From Octopus sinensis (taxonomy: Eukaryota), in assembly GCF_006345805.1 (NCBI RefSeq), contig NC_043000.1, positions 159,340,001 through 159,404,000 of the forward strand: 64,000 nucleotides of DNA. The letters run 5' to 3'. The position numbers were made by a program, and so were the translations under genes. Of this stretch, positions 13,555 through 27,373 are shown one piece after another. The notes under the pieces are model-generated. The model searched no databases. It was given only the letters and a program-made list of their open reading frames with translations, and was not told where the DNA came from. How positions within the stretch are numbered: position 1 is the stretch's first letter; the number at the start of each line of letters is the position of its first letter.

Positions 13555-14560
13555 CTAGTATCTCAAGAAGCATACGTTACTGATGGTGCTGTTGCCAAAA
13601 GTATATGGAAATTTTGCAACAAAATTTCTTACCGCATAATATAACCCTCTCTGCATCGATGGAAATTGGAGGAATAATATCAAGAATAGAAACAGTCTCC
13701 ATAACTTAACATTTCTATGCCCAATAATACCAAACATCTCATCCTATTTAAGAATGTTTTTTGGATCATAAGATGACTGAATGTTCTTTTAATCGAATGT
13801 TCATTTTCAATAGCTTTGTTACTAGCAACACTTAATCTCTTGAGCAGTTATAGCTTTTATAGGACACCTATAATCTCAGGCTGATTTATCTTAGGCAGCT
13901 TATAATTAATGAGGTGCAATTAAAATTTTCTCGTATTGCATTCCTTTACATCTTGGTAACTGAAATATTAGTAAGCCTCACAGGCTTCCATTTTGAAAAG
14001 GGCTGTTTAACCTGGTTGTTGTAAATAGTTTTGAGTTTTTCGGAATACAAATACAACTTATTTTTACAGACATTTAGATGATCTCAGAATGGAAGCAAGG
14101 AAAGTATTGAGCTTTGAAATTGTGAGATTAATGCATTCGTCGCTGACGAAGAAGACTGATGCGAAAGAATAACTTAATAAGTTTTTCGTTATGTAACTTT
14201 TCTGTTACTTTTGTATTCCACGAATGCCGTTGGATTTCAGTTTGCCACAGAGTCTGTTTTGCTAGGTCTAGTCAAAAACGCTTTTGCCGTCCACGGCTAT
14301 GACATTTGTTTTGACCATTTTCCAAGTTTGGCAAAGGAGAATGAGAACTGAGCTGATTTTTATTTTTGTTTTTAATATCAGATTTTGTAATCGTTAATGG
14401 ACTGCAGATTCGATCAGTCTTTCTGAATTATGCAGTGAGTTAATAAATTAATATTCAACTTCCAGAGAAAAATACACAGAAAGAGAGCTTAACTCCCAGA
14501 TACCACATCATCAATTGATCTTCGATGCGAGCAGCAGAGGTCATTGATAATAATCAATTT
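13555..14560 (-). pseudogene. Decayed hAT transposase (C-terminal dimerisation region)
   Basis: Minus-strand frames give ILDIIPPISIDAERV and GNSTISNVCFLRY*, resembling the hAT C-terminal motifs TIPPTSVEAERAFS and TLDxLCFLRxYF. The extension to ~14560 is weak (stop-interrupted frames). No TIRs were found. Confidence 0.5.
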
Positions 14561-15543
14561 TTTATGGCTTCGAGGTTTCATAAGTCGAAATAACAATATT
14601 TTTATTTTGGATTAAATTAATTTCTGCAATGATAATATTTCGAAATATACACTCACTAGCGCTCTTTCTTACATACATACCAGCATAAACACAGTCTGAT
14701 AACGTAAAAAGTATACACACATATATACAACTTTGAATTAGCATTCGATACACAGCACAAATCTCTGAAGATGTATATCACGTTCTGCTAAATATTACGT
14801 AATGTAAAACTGACAATTTCACTCTATTCTCTACTAATGACAAGAATACTGAGCCATATTAGTAGGTTCTTGTAGTTGGTGGAACCTTTATGTCTGTATT
14901 TAACCAGATTAACAGTTTCAAAGCAAAACAAAAAAAAAAAAAATCATAATCAAGCTAAACAGACCGAATGCCTACAATACGAACGAACGTATACATAGAC
15001 AATATATTCGGAATTGGTGTAAAACTAAAACAAATACTTGAAAATGTATACCAAATTAATAAATATTTCCATTTTATTAACATCACAATTCCCCATTCCT
15101 TTCTGTTTGATGTGTATGTATGTGTTTGCGTGTAAAAAAGATAGATATACTTATATTTCGTATGTTCATTTATTATTCGTTTATACAGGTAAATGTTTAT
15201 GGTATTTAGTTATATAATGCAAATAACAGGTAAAAGTTTACAGTGTCTATATAATGATTATAATAATTAAAAGTTTATAGTGTCTATATAATGTACATAA
15301 ATACTGTTGTTCTGAGCTTACATACACACCAAAAAAACATACGTTTCTATAGAACTTGAGTGTCAATAATATAACAAATTATGGTGTTTGTTCTTCAACT
15401 GAAAAGTTTCAACTGGAACTAAACATAAATGGAGATGCCGTCGGAAATTGCGAAAGAAGAAAAACAAATATACCATCAAATAATATAATTGATGAATGAT
15501 AATGTGTAAGTGTGACATTTGTTTAAATATTGCATTTAATACT

Positions 15544-15924
15544 GTGGAGGCGCAATGGTCCAGTGGGTAGGGCAGCGGACTCGCGGTCGTAAGAACGCGG
15601 TTTCGATTCTCAGACCGGGTATTGTGAGTGTTTTTTTGAGCGAAAACACCTAAAGCTGCACGAGGGTCCGGCAACGGGTGGTGGCGAACCCTGCTGTACT
15701 CTTTCACCACAACTTTCTCTCACTCTTTCTTCCTGTTTCTGTTGTACCTGTATTTTAAAGGACCAGCCTTGTCACGTTCTGTGTCACGCTGAATCTCCCC
15801 GAGAACTACATTAAGAGTACACGCGTCTGTGGAGTGATCAGCCACTTGCACGTTAATTTCACGAGCAGGCTGTTCCGTTGATCGGATCAACTGGAACCCT
15901 CGTCGTCGTAACCGACGGAGTGCT
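15544..15924 (+). mobile_element. SINE family R, full length, tail B
   Basis: Close match to 8302-8686. Confidence 0.92.
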
Positions 15925-16065
15925 AAAGATACAAAGCAGTGTGTAATGACAGTAAAAGAGCCTTATTGGAATGACTAGCCTTGATCTTCTCTCAATAAGT
16001 TGTCTTTTTGTGTTGAAAACATGAGTTGGTGATAAGATTTCTATATTGACAATGGTTCTCTTATT

Positions 16066-16452
16066 TGTTTGTCATTTGACTGTGGCCATGCTGGAGCATC
16101 GCCTTTAAAGGATTTTTAGTCGAACAAATCGACCCTAGGACTTTCTTTTTAAACCTAGTACTTATTCTATCGGTCTCTTTTGCAGAACCACTAAGTTAAA
16201 GGAACGTAAACACACCAACGCCGGTTGTCAACGGTGATGGGGGACAAACACTAGGATACACACACACACACACATACACACACACACACACATATATACG
16301 GCAGGCTTCTTTTAGTTTTCATCCACCAAATCTACTCACAAGACTTTGGTCGGCCCGAGGCTTTCGTAGGCGACACTTGCCCAAACTGAACCTGGGGCCC
16401 AAGCTGAACCTGGGGCCATGCAGTTGGGAAGCAAGTTTCTTAACACACAGCC
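16066..16452 (-). mobile_element. SINE family C (CORE-like)
   Basis: It contains CTTGGGCAAGTGTC (CORE-like), an internal (CA)n, and the tail TGCTCCAGCATGGCCACAGTCAAATGAC. Confidence 0.85.
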
Positions 16453-16643
16453 ACATATATATCTATATAATGTGTGCGTGTGTGCTGGCGTATATATATT
16501 TACATATGGATCTTTACTGAAATGTATGTTCTTCTAAATAACTGTGAAAGGTCACATAATTTTACCAAACCTATCATGTATCAAGCGCAAATACATGAAA
16601 TTGTGTGTATAATTAATAATACACACATGCGTATCTCTCTCTC

Positions 16644-16692
<49 letters not shown>

Positions 16693-17129
16693 GAGTGAGT
16701 GTGTATGCTTGTGTTCAAATCAAAACATAATCGTGTGTTATGAAACTCGATTTCTTTTCCAGCAAAATCTATGTCGCGCCATGGTATTGTGTGAAAACTT
16801 GAGTGCAAATAATTACATACACACATTGCCGTTGTCATCAGCTGCTTCTCGTATCCGAAAATTCCAGCTTGTTCCTGAGTGAATAGTTCCCCTCATATTT
16901 ATGGCGTTGAATAACTGGGAAAGCCAATCCTTCCGTGAAACAGTTGGGAGGGAAATGACGATGCCAAGGAAAAGTTGACAGAAGATGTGGTTATTCTTGC
17001 TGTATTTTGCATTTAAAAAAAAAAAATTGTTTAAAATTTATCTTTTACATTATTTTATTTTTCAACTATTTTTTCTTTTCACTTCAAAAGGCCCACTTCT
17101 GTCGCTAATAAAGTGATAGCAGTTGTAGC

Positions 17130-17805
17130 GGTTCTGGATTTAAAATTTATTGTTTTTGGTCTCATATCATCTTTGAGAATATAGTCGGTCTTTTGTAACT
17201 ACAGAAAGGACTTCATGCCGGTCTTTTCCCAGTTGTTAATTCAGTGCAGGGCATTTGACAAAGAAAACTCTATCCTTTCATTCAAAGTATCTTAACCATC
17301 GTATTTGATGTTTCAACGTGGTTGATTTTGCGTTTCAATTATTGGCTTTTCCAACACATCATCGTTGTTATGATTACGTGGTCTTCTAATTTGTTGTTAA
17401 AATGGTGTGGAGCTTTCGTTGTTGAAAATGCTCCAGATTTTTGAGGCCTCGACAATGAAGTATGTATGTTTAACACCCGTATTATAATGTTTAGATGACG
17501 ACAGCTTGACAGACGATAAGTATGATATTTTGTGTGTGTGTGTGTGTGTGTGTGTGGTGAAGGTAAGGTGCTTGTATTGCTGTTTACTAGTCTTTTACAC
17601 ATTGGAAGAAAATACTTCCAGCACAGAAAAAAAAAACATCTTGTCTGAATGATGTTTAAAGCAAGAAGGTGAGGACTTGATTTCCTTGATGTTCAATGTG
17701 GAGCCGAGCCGATCATATGCAATGCTTAACTGGTTCATATAGCTCCCGATGTGGGGAAAAGAGACTGACGCTCTCATCTGAGTATCAAAGCGCTGAGACA
17801 CGTAA
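17130..17805 (-). pseudogene. RTE-clade LINE ORF remnant (RT C-terminal region)
   Basis: Minus-strand frames give YSDES (YADD-like), AYDRLGSTLNIKEIK, L*YGC*TYILHCRGLKNLEHFQQRKLHTIL and ELTTGKRP. It is interrupted by (TG)n at ~17531-17556. Confidence 0.65.
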
Positions 17806-17871
17806 ATGCTAAAAATGTGTCTATATACACACATATATATGTATCTGTATGCGGTGTGTGTATGTGTGTAA

Positions 17872-17873
<2 letters not shown>

Positions 17874-17966
<93 letters not shown>
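17874..17966. repeat. (GA)n microsatellite
   Basis: Read directly. Similar tracts occur at 19244-19318 and 16635-16680. Confidence 0.95.
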
Positions 17967-17968
<2 letters not shown>

Positions 17969-18089
17969 TGTGTCTGTGCAAGTTTGTAGGTGCAGGTTCG
18001 AGTCCCAAGGGCAGTTTTTGATCCTTTCTATCCAAAAGGGCTTGTCAACTTAATGTCTATAAAGTTTATAAAATTCTTATAATGTCAAC

Positions 18090-18122
<33 letters not shown>

Positions 18123-18349
18123 ACTCACACACACACACACACACAATTTGTACTTCAGCATGCTAGTTGAAATGAAAATAGAACATGCGTATCAAGTTAT
18201 ATAGAGTCTAGACATTTCACTCCGAAGAATGGCCGAAATCATATTATTAGTCTCAACTTAATCTCACTTCTTAGCAATATACATACATTTTGTTTATGTG
18301 TCTAATTCGATATAGCTGACTACCCTAATGTAAACAATATGTGTACTTG

Positions 18350-18409
<60 letters not shown>

Positions 18410-18636
18410 TATGTGTATATATATGCGTAGAAACACGTCCACAGCCATTCTCTTGTCCCCACATATTCATACTGCACAGGGTGTTTATAAATTATGCTTA
18501 CAACGTCCAAAAATATTGTATCTATTGTATCCATATATGCATGTAATAAATCTCCAAAAAATGAAGTACAAACACAAGAAAAAACACAACGCGAAGACGA
18601 GGTACAGGCAAAGTATGAGCAGACGCTCACGGAAAG

Positions 18637-18674
<38 letters not shown>

Positions 18675-18679
<5 letters not shown>

Positions 18680-18899
18680 CTTTACTACCCACAAGGGGGT
18701 AAACATAGAGAGGACAAACAAGGACAGGCACACGGATTAAGTCGATTATATCGACCCCAGTGCGTAACTGGTACTTATGACCCCGAAAGGATGAAGGGCA
18801 AAGTCGACCTCGGCGGAAATTGAAGTCAGAACGTAGCGGCAGACGAAATACTGCTAAGCATCTCGCCCAGCGTGCTAACGTTTCTGCCAGATCGCCGCC
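18675..18899 (-). mobile_element. SINE family M monomer with tail A
   Basis: Full head, core and tail ending AGTAAAGAAATA, embedded between (TA)n tracts. Confidence 0.92.
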
Positions 18900-18901
18900 T
18901 T

Positions 18902-18934
<33 letters not shown>

Positions 18935-19241
18935 TATATGCTCTGTGCGTCTAGGATTTAGATGGCTACCCACTGACGAACCTTGCCTGGGCAAACATAT
19001 TCTGTATGTTTTGCTAGAAAGAGGTAGAAACGGATCAGTCTGGGATACATCTATAATGGTAAATGTTTTTGATTTTCATTCCTTTGATGAATTTATCCCT
19101 CTTTGTGTTTCTAGCACTTGCTTCCTTATTTGGGAGCCTTTATTATATTTCTATACGAAAAATACATTGTCTAATGACTAATTCGTCTTTTGTGCTAGGC
19201 CACTGGTAATAACTTATGTTATTATCCTTTTTAATTATATT

Positions 19242-19321
<80 letters not shown>

Positions 19322-19881
19322 TGTATATATGCGTATACACACATTGGCATTCATTAGTCGTCTTTGTTGTTCAAATATGTGCCGCATACATGCTTTTAGG
19401 CAACTACATGCTTTTAGTCATATTCTTATGCAATTATGAATTAAAATGCATGTGATGATGATGTGTGTGTGTTCGCAGACATGCGCTCGTGTTGACATTG
19501 GGTACGTATCGTATTTATTGTCAGATACATTTCCCTGTTGTTCTTACTGTAATTGCGAGGCCGAAAGTTTTGGGAATGAGAAGACAAGGAGAGAATAATT
19601 CGCGTCCAGATAGAGTAAAAAACAACTAAGGAGACTCTAGGAATGATCTGAAGCGTGGATTAAATAGCCGTGCTAAGCAGGCTGGGATAAGGAACGGCAA
19701 ATAAGACAAAAGAGTGAATATGCTGAAGGAATATACGAACAAAATATATAAGAGAGAGTGTAAATAAAAATGAAATACTGTAAAGTCAGGGGAAGAGAAA
19801 AAATAACTGCTAAAGGTTGAGGGTGAAGAAATATTGACTAATGAAGTTAAAAGAAACTGGAAGTAAAGACATAGGAGAAAT

Positions 19882-20301
19882 GGATCTTTTCGGTTTGAAC
19901 GGCAGTTTTTAACATAATTTCTAGGTAACTAAAAAAAATTTAAACTTCGTATACTGGTAGAATGTGTTTATAAAACATCTTTTTCTCTTGGCTCTATTGA
20001 GAAAATTCTATAGTTTGTAAGATATTTGTTGTTTGTTTTCTTCAAATTCTGCTATTTCAACCAATCACTGACGTCTGTTGAGGTAAAAATCATTCTGTGT
20101 CGTATGAATATGTCCCTCGTTTAAGAAACAGATTGGGTTTATTTACATTTGTGAAGAAAAAAAAAGATACCCTTCCCCCCACCCATAACCCTAACCCTAA
20201 AACAGATTGAAATGCAATAGATCAATACTAGGGTCATAATTATGGGTGACAATTTCATATGACACCGCTAGAAAAAACTGCCGTTCAAACCGAAAAGATC
20301 C
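19882..20301. mobile_element. MITE with 28-bp TIRs and an 8-bp TSD (Merlin- or hAT-like)
   Basis: The TIR GGATCTTTTCGGTTTGAACGGCAGTTTT is perfectly inverted at the right end. Flanks are GGAGAAAT and GAAGAAAT. It contains internal TAACCC hexamers. Confidence 0.85.
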
Positions 20302-21713
20302 GAAGAAATTTACATACACTGGCATATACGGTTTTTATTCTATTCTGCCTATGTATAAATATCTACGCATGTTTACACATGTTTGCATACGTATACTTAT
20401 GTAGATGTGTATATGATACTTTATGTATACTTATAACATTTACAATGTCCAAGTGTGTGTGTGTGGGCGTACGTTATGATCCACGGCCCTGACTGAAGTT
20501 AGGCACCCTTATATCAATAATAACATATTTAGAAAACACAGTGATTGAACCATTCTTATTTTTAAAGAAATCTATTAAGAACTAAATCATAATTTTGCAT
20601 ATTAAAAAGAAAAAAAATTGTCTGAAGTATGTGGCTATATCGTATGCAGGGTTAAGCTGTAAGTCTAAAGTTTGAAGGTGAACGAAACTTGAGTTTGCTG
20701 TGGAGATATCCAGTAGACGAGGACAGCGGGTAGAAAGATTATCATGAGGAGGTATTGAGTGTAAAAAAATTTTTGACATTTTTCGTTAATCCTCGGAATT
20801 ATATGATAACATTAACTTTCTAAAAGTACTTTAAGTAACCGAGAAACTGAATCGGGGCAAATTTTAAGCCAACTGTTACGGTTACGTATTTATCTCCGTT
20901 CGAAATTATCAAGACGTAGTTACATGTAGATCGGTCATGGACAAACTGTGGCCCGAGAGACTTTCTGAATAGCTTCCATACCGAAAAATTATCATTGATC
21001 TGTTTTCGTAGTTGTGTGGCCCAATTGTTGATGGTCTCATGCAGCCTGTTTCTCAAAACTCCTCGCCCAGCCCTGATTACGAGATGAAACATGACATGAG
21101 GTAGCGTGGGGTATATTAGGGTAAGCTTGGAAGCAACAATTTCACAGCTATACTCACATTCGTTAAACCTATGCTCATCTATTTCAAAGCTATAACAGAT
21201 TATAGCGAACCTGAGGTAACTGTTTACAGGAAAGATGCTTCAAATTTTGAGAGCTATGTGTCTTACAAATAAACATATTGCAAAGCTAGAAACTTGATAC
21301 GGTCTCTTGCTTGGTAAATCTGTTGCACTTGTCCAACCACTCAGCTTATTATCCAGTACACACACACACACCACACACACACACACACACACAAAGGCAT
21401 GTGGTCTTTCAAGCTCTTTTCTCTATAGCTTCACAGTGGTCTTTCTATTCAGAGGGATCATGAAACGAAGGACAAAACAACATGGAAAACCCCTGTAAAA
21501 CGAACAAAGAAAGGAAGATCTAAAGAGATTGCTAGATATTATTGTAAAAAATGGCAGCTGTTTTAATCATACGATTGAGATATAACCACAGCATTCTCAA
21601 TTTCCCTGATTTTCGTATTTGCTTTGGCGTTTCAACTAGGTTTTTTTTTTTTTTAAATTCCGATTATATATATGAAGCGAAGATTAAATGCAATGATAAA
21701 CTCCTAAACTATG

Positions 21714-21759
<46 letters not shown>

Positions 21760-22219
21760 GCACGCACAATTTTAATCTGTGTAATCCTACATAACATGAC
21801 AATATATTTATTTTCGTATCGTTCGCGGCACTGGTTTACATATTTGCTATAGGAAGGTGCGAGATCCCGTAGTGATATTACACGATATCAATTTATAAAA
21901 TACAACAAAATATACATTCAATCTTATCAATACTGTACTCCTATGGGGTTCATTTATATATGTACGTCTTTTTGAATCTGTGTACAGAGAGCCCGTTCAC
22001 CTCACACGCACCAGACTACGAGGTATATTGCTATTCCAGTCATTAGTGGAATGGTCAATCAATTCAATCATTGAGAAAACAAGACATCTCAGGGCCTTCT
22101 TAGACTTCTTAATTGGTACATATTCGTGATAATTGATTCTGCACATTTTCTCTATAAGTCTGTATCAAGCGCGTACTTTTAATTATTTTGCGCTAATGAA
22201 AACATGCGCTATCCACTTT

Positions 22220-22286
<67 letters not shown>

Positions 22287-22793
22287 TTATGTGTGTGTAT
22301 ATACGTGTGTGTGTGTGTGTATGCATAAATACATGCACATACACACTCACAAACGTACACAAAAAGCAAAGCAGAAGGGTAGGAATGGAAGAAAATGGGT
22401 GTGTGAAAGCTATCAGAATCAAAAGTAACTCATTACTAAGTAAATTAGCTGATATCAAATAGCCAGTTATTTAATTAGAATCTGTAATTAACAATGAACT
22501 TGGTTCAGATCAGTTACTATGATGAGAAACCGTTTAAGAAGAGGAATCTCGCTGAAATAACCTCGCAGAATAGAAGTTCCAGTGTTGCGTGTGTATGAGG
22601 AGAATACATGTGATGGGAATCGACCTAAAATTGCATTCTCGGAGCAAACCTTCAGATTGGCTGAATACTGCGGATCGATAAGCGATCATAAACAACAAGT
22701 GAGAGGCGGTGGCAGCAGCAGCTGCTAAGAACGCGCATCACGAAGCGTGAACTGCTAATAGTACAATGCGCTACTCCGAAATTGCTTAACACT

Positions 22794-23460
22794 TATTTCT
22801 TTACTGCCCACAAGGGGCAGCACACAGAGGGGACAAACAAGGAGAGACAAACGTAATAAGTCGATTATACCGACCCCAGTGCGTAACTGGTACTTATTTA
22901 ATCGACCCTGAAAAGATGAAAGGCAAAGTCAACCTCGGAGGAATTTGAACTCAGAACGTAGCGGCAGAAGAAATACCCATTTCTTTACTACCTACAAGGG
23001 GCTAAACTCAGAGAGGACAAACAAGGACAGACAAACGGATGAAGTCGATTATATCGACCCCAGTGCGTAACTGGTATTTATGTAATCGACCCTGAAAGGA
23101 TGAAAGGCAAAAAGTCGATTATATCGATCCCAATGCATAACTGGTATTTATGTAATCGATCCCGAAATGATGAAAGGCAAAGTTGACCTCAGCGGAGTTT
23201 GAACTCAGAACGTAGCGGCAGACGAAATACCCATTTCTTTACTACCCACAAGGGGCTAAACACAGAGAGGACAAACAAGGACAGACAAAGGGATCAAGTC
23301 GATTATATCGACCGCAGTGCGTAACTGGTACTTATTTAATCGACCCCGAAAGGATGAAAGGCAAAGTCGACCTCGGAGGAATTTGAACTCAGAACGTAGC
23401 GGCAGACGAAATACCACAAAGCATTTCGCCCAGCGTGCCAACGTTTCTGCCAGCTCGCCG
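22794..23460 (-). mobile_element. SINE family M trimer
   Basis: Three units, of which only the 5'-most has the A-box head. Junctions are at 22970-22983 and 23224-23237. The middle unit has a ~65-bp internal duplication. A single TSD, AATTGCTTAACACT, lies at 22780-22793 and 23467-23480. Confidence 0.92.
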
Positions 23461-25551
23461 ACCTTGAATTGCTTAACACTGACTATGGAATGATGAAAGA
23501 GCAATATGGCGTTTTTCGTTGAGTTCTGCGTTTCTGTAACCCAAGTTCCGGCAGATAGAGTTTGGAATGCGAACGGGTGACAAAAGATGATGCGCACGAG
23601 ACTCACTTTAAATGTAGTCGTTGCTCCGAATATGCCGGGGATCGATTCCCGTCACACACACAGTACACTGTATGTCCTTTGCTTGTTAAAATAGATGTTG
23701 CCAATCGACATCTACCTCATCAGGCAATACTCGTAGTGAGGATAACAATTATGGTGTCCGCCTTGAAGACAATTATTAAAAAAAAAAGAAAAGGCAAATC
23801 TTAAAACCATTGGGTATTAAAAATGATTTTAGATTATTTTGGCATAACCCAACAAGTTCGTATTCAGAGTAACCTAAACAAGTTACCTACGCACAGCTAA
23901 TGAACACAAGTTATACTATTGTTCCCAGTATTTACTGCACCCTTATTCCTCATCTTTAGTATTTCTTTGTCCCTAATAACTACTGCTAGTTAGCCGTTGA
24001 CCCTACCTTGTATCCATCCGTCTTTTTTGGCAGGCTTTGTTTTTGTTCTGTTAGTTCTGTAGCAATCTTCTACACCAGGCTGTCTTGGAAAAGCCGATTT
24101 ATTCACCGACATCTCAACACTGTAACAAGTTGTACTAACTTACATTATACCCGTAACACTCATTAATGTCGTGACGTAATGTGAATATAAGTAGACATGT
24201 GTATATATATAATCTTACAGGAAACAATAAATTCATAAACATACATATGCATCCATGTAGGCAAACGTGTATATAGATTTACATAAATAACAAATATCGC
24301 ACCACATCCAAAGCCTTAGTATTAGAGACACACCAATCTAATTGCCAAAATGTAATTACAGCAACAAAACCTTCCGCTGAGATAATTGTAAAAGCCTAAT
24401 AAATTTGCTCGTTTACTGAGCAATAATAAATATTTGCCAACAGCATCGAAAATTATATACAGTACTTAGAACATAACATAATACTCGCAGCACTATTAGG
24501 TTTTCAGTTCCGGTTAAACAGAATGAATTTCCCTCGCTGTTTCTAGACATCTGGTTATTGAAGGAAAGCAGAACAGGCAACAGTCAACAATACGCTGAAA
24601 CCTTGCTGATACACGAGGCCTATGTCACAGCGGATTAAAGATATGCAGCTTATGCTTAGCAAAGAAATACCCAGATGCAGCTACTCATGAGGTTAAGCAA
24701 AAAAAGATGAAGTGCTATTCGAGTGCAAGCATAAAAGATGATTACACCTGCAGACCAGAAAACCTGGAAACCAGCACCAGTATGGACATGTTGGATGCTA
24801 CGCTATCAGGGCAATAATTTTCCCCTGTGTGTAAACACTACATTGCATAATGCACAAGCCCTACACCACATCTCACAGAATACTAATTTCTCTCTCACCA
24901 ACAATTTAGAAGTGCATTGATACTTTATAAAGAGAGAACACGAAAATGATGGCTATTAACTGGACTACACAACGGGGAAGAAAATTACGTGCAACCACTC
25001 GACTTGCAAGCAATAATAACTCAATCTTTCTCCCCTTATATCACATCCTGTTGTATTTAAAATGATATATTGCACAATGTAATCCAAGATATACTGCGCT
25101 TAGTAAACAAAGCAGCTGGATCGCTCGATTATTGCTCGATTATTGCTTACAAGACGCGGGAAGCAACAACGGCAGACAAAGATAAAAACAATTCTAAAAC
25201 AACCTTGAAACATGCCTAAACAGGTTGGACAGCTAATGCAATAATATATTCGTCAGCTGCTACATACTAGCCTAACAACAGACTTCTAAGTTGAAATGTA
25301 TAATGAGGCCTCAGTCTAAACTGAAGTGTTTAATATTTTTGATGTAATGGGTATCTAGGTCATTCCCAAAGCTTGATTGGCTACTTCGTAGCTAAAACGT
25401 TGAAGTAGTGATACAAAAGAAAAAGAAAAATGCAACCTATTTATTTAGTGTAAAGAAATGACTTTAGGAAGCTTTCCCAAACTGATGAAATTGATGCAGT
25501 TGATGTTTGTTTAATTTCAATAAATGAATGCATGTAGGGAAAACGTGAAAG

Positions 25552-25944
25552 AAAACGGCAGTTTTCAACACAATTTCTAGTTAACTAAACACTTTTAAAC
25601 TTCGTATACTGGTAGAATGTGTTTATAAAACATCATTTTTTCTTGACTTTATTGAGAAAATTCTATATGTTGTAACATATTTCGACTTTAATTTCGATTA
25701 TTTCGGCAATTTTAACCAATCGCTGACCTCCATTTGGGGTGAAAACATTCCGTGCTGTATGAATATGTCCCTCGTTTAAGAAACAGATTGGGTTTATTTA
25801 CATTTGCGAAGAAAAAAAGATACCCTTCCCCCACCCCTAACCCTAACCATAACTCTAACCCTAACCCTAAAATAGGGGTGTCGTATGAAATTGTCACCCA
25901 TAATTATAACCCTAGTATCGATCTATTACATTTCAATCTATTTT
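25552..25944. mobile_element. Second, rearranged copy of the 19882-20301 MITE
   Basis: Collinear with copy 1 through the TAACCC tract. The last ~75 bp are inverted and the right TIR is missing. Confidence 0.85.
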
Positions 25945-25959
25945 GTTTTACTCAACATC

Positions 25960-26590
25960 ATAATTGAAGGAGAGAAGTGCAGAAGTTTGATCTGTTCTGC
26001 TTTTAGTGTTTGAAGCCACTGAAGAAAGCTTCTTCTCCTGATCTGTAAGCAGGGGATGAAAAGTCGATGTATCTTTAAATTACGAAAACGAAACTCAGTC
26101 CAAGGAATGGCGTTGCACCTCATTTTCAAGGCCAACCAAATTTAAGAGCAAGTGGTTGGCGCATAAAGCCACGGTGACTATTTTTGGAGATGATAGGTGC
26201 TCCATTCTCTTTGACTTTCTAAAATGTGTACTGTGAACAGTAAGAAGAACATAGAGATACCACAAACATGTTTATAAAAGCCATTAGGAAAAATGCACCG
26301 AACGAGAATCTGAAAATGACCCACATTCACCATGACAATGTACTGCCACCCGCATCTTCGACAAGTGAGGTAATCAGCAAGTTGGACTCTACAGCTTGGA
26401 TTGGCACCCTTCGATCCAATGAAAGACAGTTTTCAAAAGCAAAAAATTGATGACATAGACGAGGCGAAAGTATTTGTGAAGGAGAGGGAACACAAGTACG
26501 CACACGAATTTTTGTCAAATATAGTTCGAGTGTGGTGTTCAGCGATGGCCAAAATGCATCACTTGTGAAGGCGTCAACGCTGAATAGTAG
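25960..26590 (+). pseudogene. Old mariner transposase remnant
   Basis: Frames give GDEKS..ETQSKEWR..RPTKFKSK..KATVTIFGDD..ILFDFL, HHDNV and RWPKCITCEG. Confidence 0.7.
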
Positions 26591-26999
26591 ATTTGTATAA
26601 AAGATTTGCTCTATAAATATGTGCGATTTGAACGAATTAAGTCAGTTAATAAAGGAAGTCATGCCAACTATTGCACTATTATCGGTAAAACAATTGTGTC
26701 TTTGTGTGCGTATATTTATTTTTGTATGTATGTTTGTCTATTTCATATATTGAATTTACATTTGATATTTTTTGGCGAAAAATGTTTCCTCGGGAAAGTA
26801 TATATAATTTTTTAAAAACAGCCAATACTTAACAAAAATATAAATCAAGCAAAATTATTTTACTGTTTTATCATGTCTCCAAATAGTCTTTGTTTTTTCT
26901 GATTATCATTTTAGGATTCGTGTGTGCCATATTCTGTGCAATAACACATCATAATCTCTCACTGAATCTTTTTAATTGCTGTTATATATATATATATAT

Positions 27000-27315
27000 A
27001 TATTCTCGACTTATGACCGAGCTCCGTTCCGACTGATAGGTCGTAAGTCTATCTGATCGTATGTCGGATTAACATTTTTCAATACTATTTTCATTCAAAC
27101 TCAACTCATACTCGGGAGTGACTGAGTGAGAGACAATAGCAAGCAGCGGGTGCCTGGGTCTGAGGGAAGCATACGTTGCCAGATACTGCCATAGTTATCG
27201 TATGCGCAGCTGACCAACGTCAAAAATCGATTTTTATTTTTTAATTAATTCAGTTTTTGTGGTCGTAAGTGCGATTGTCTTTAGTCGTATAGGTCGTAAA
27301 TCGAGGAGAAGCTGT
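27000..27315. mobile_element. pogo/Tigger-like MITE
   Basis: Inverted ends TTCTCGACTTATGACC and GGTCGTAAATCGAGGA, resembling Tigger-type CCTCGACTTACG termini. Confidence 0.55.
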
Positions 27316-27373
27316 GTGTGTGTGTGCACGTGCGTATGTGTTATATATATATATATAAATATATATATATATA

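Noticed and set aside
22794-23460. Regularly spaced repeats resembling a CRISPR array
   Set aside because: The units are ~180-240-bp SINE bodies with no unique spacers, there are no cas genes, and the context is eukaryotic.
25845-25870. TAACCC repeats as an interstitial telomere
   Set aside because: Only a few imperfect hexamers are present, and they are internal to a MITE found twice in the window.
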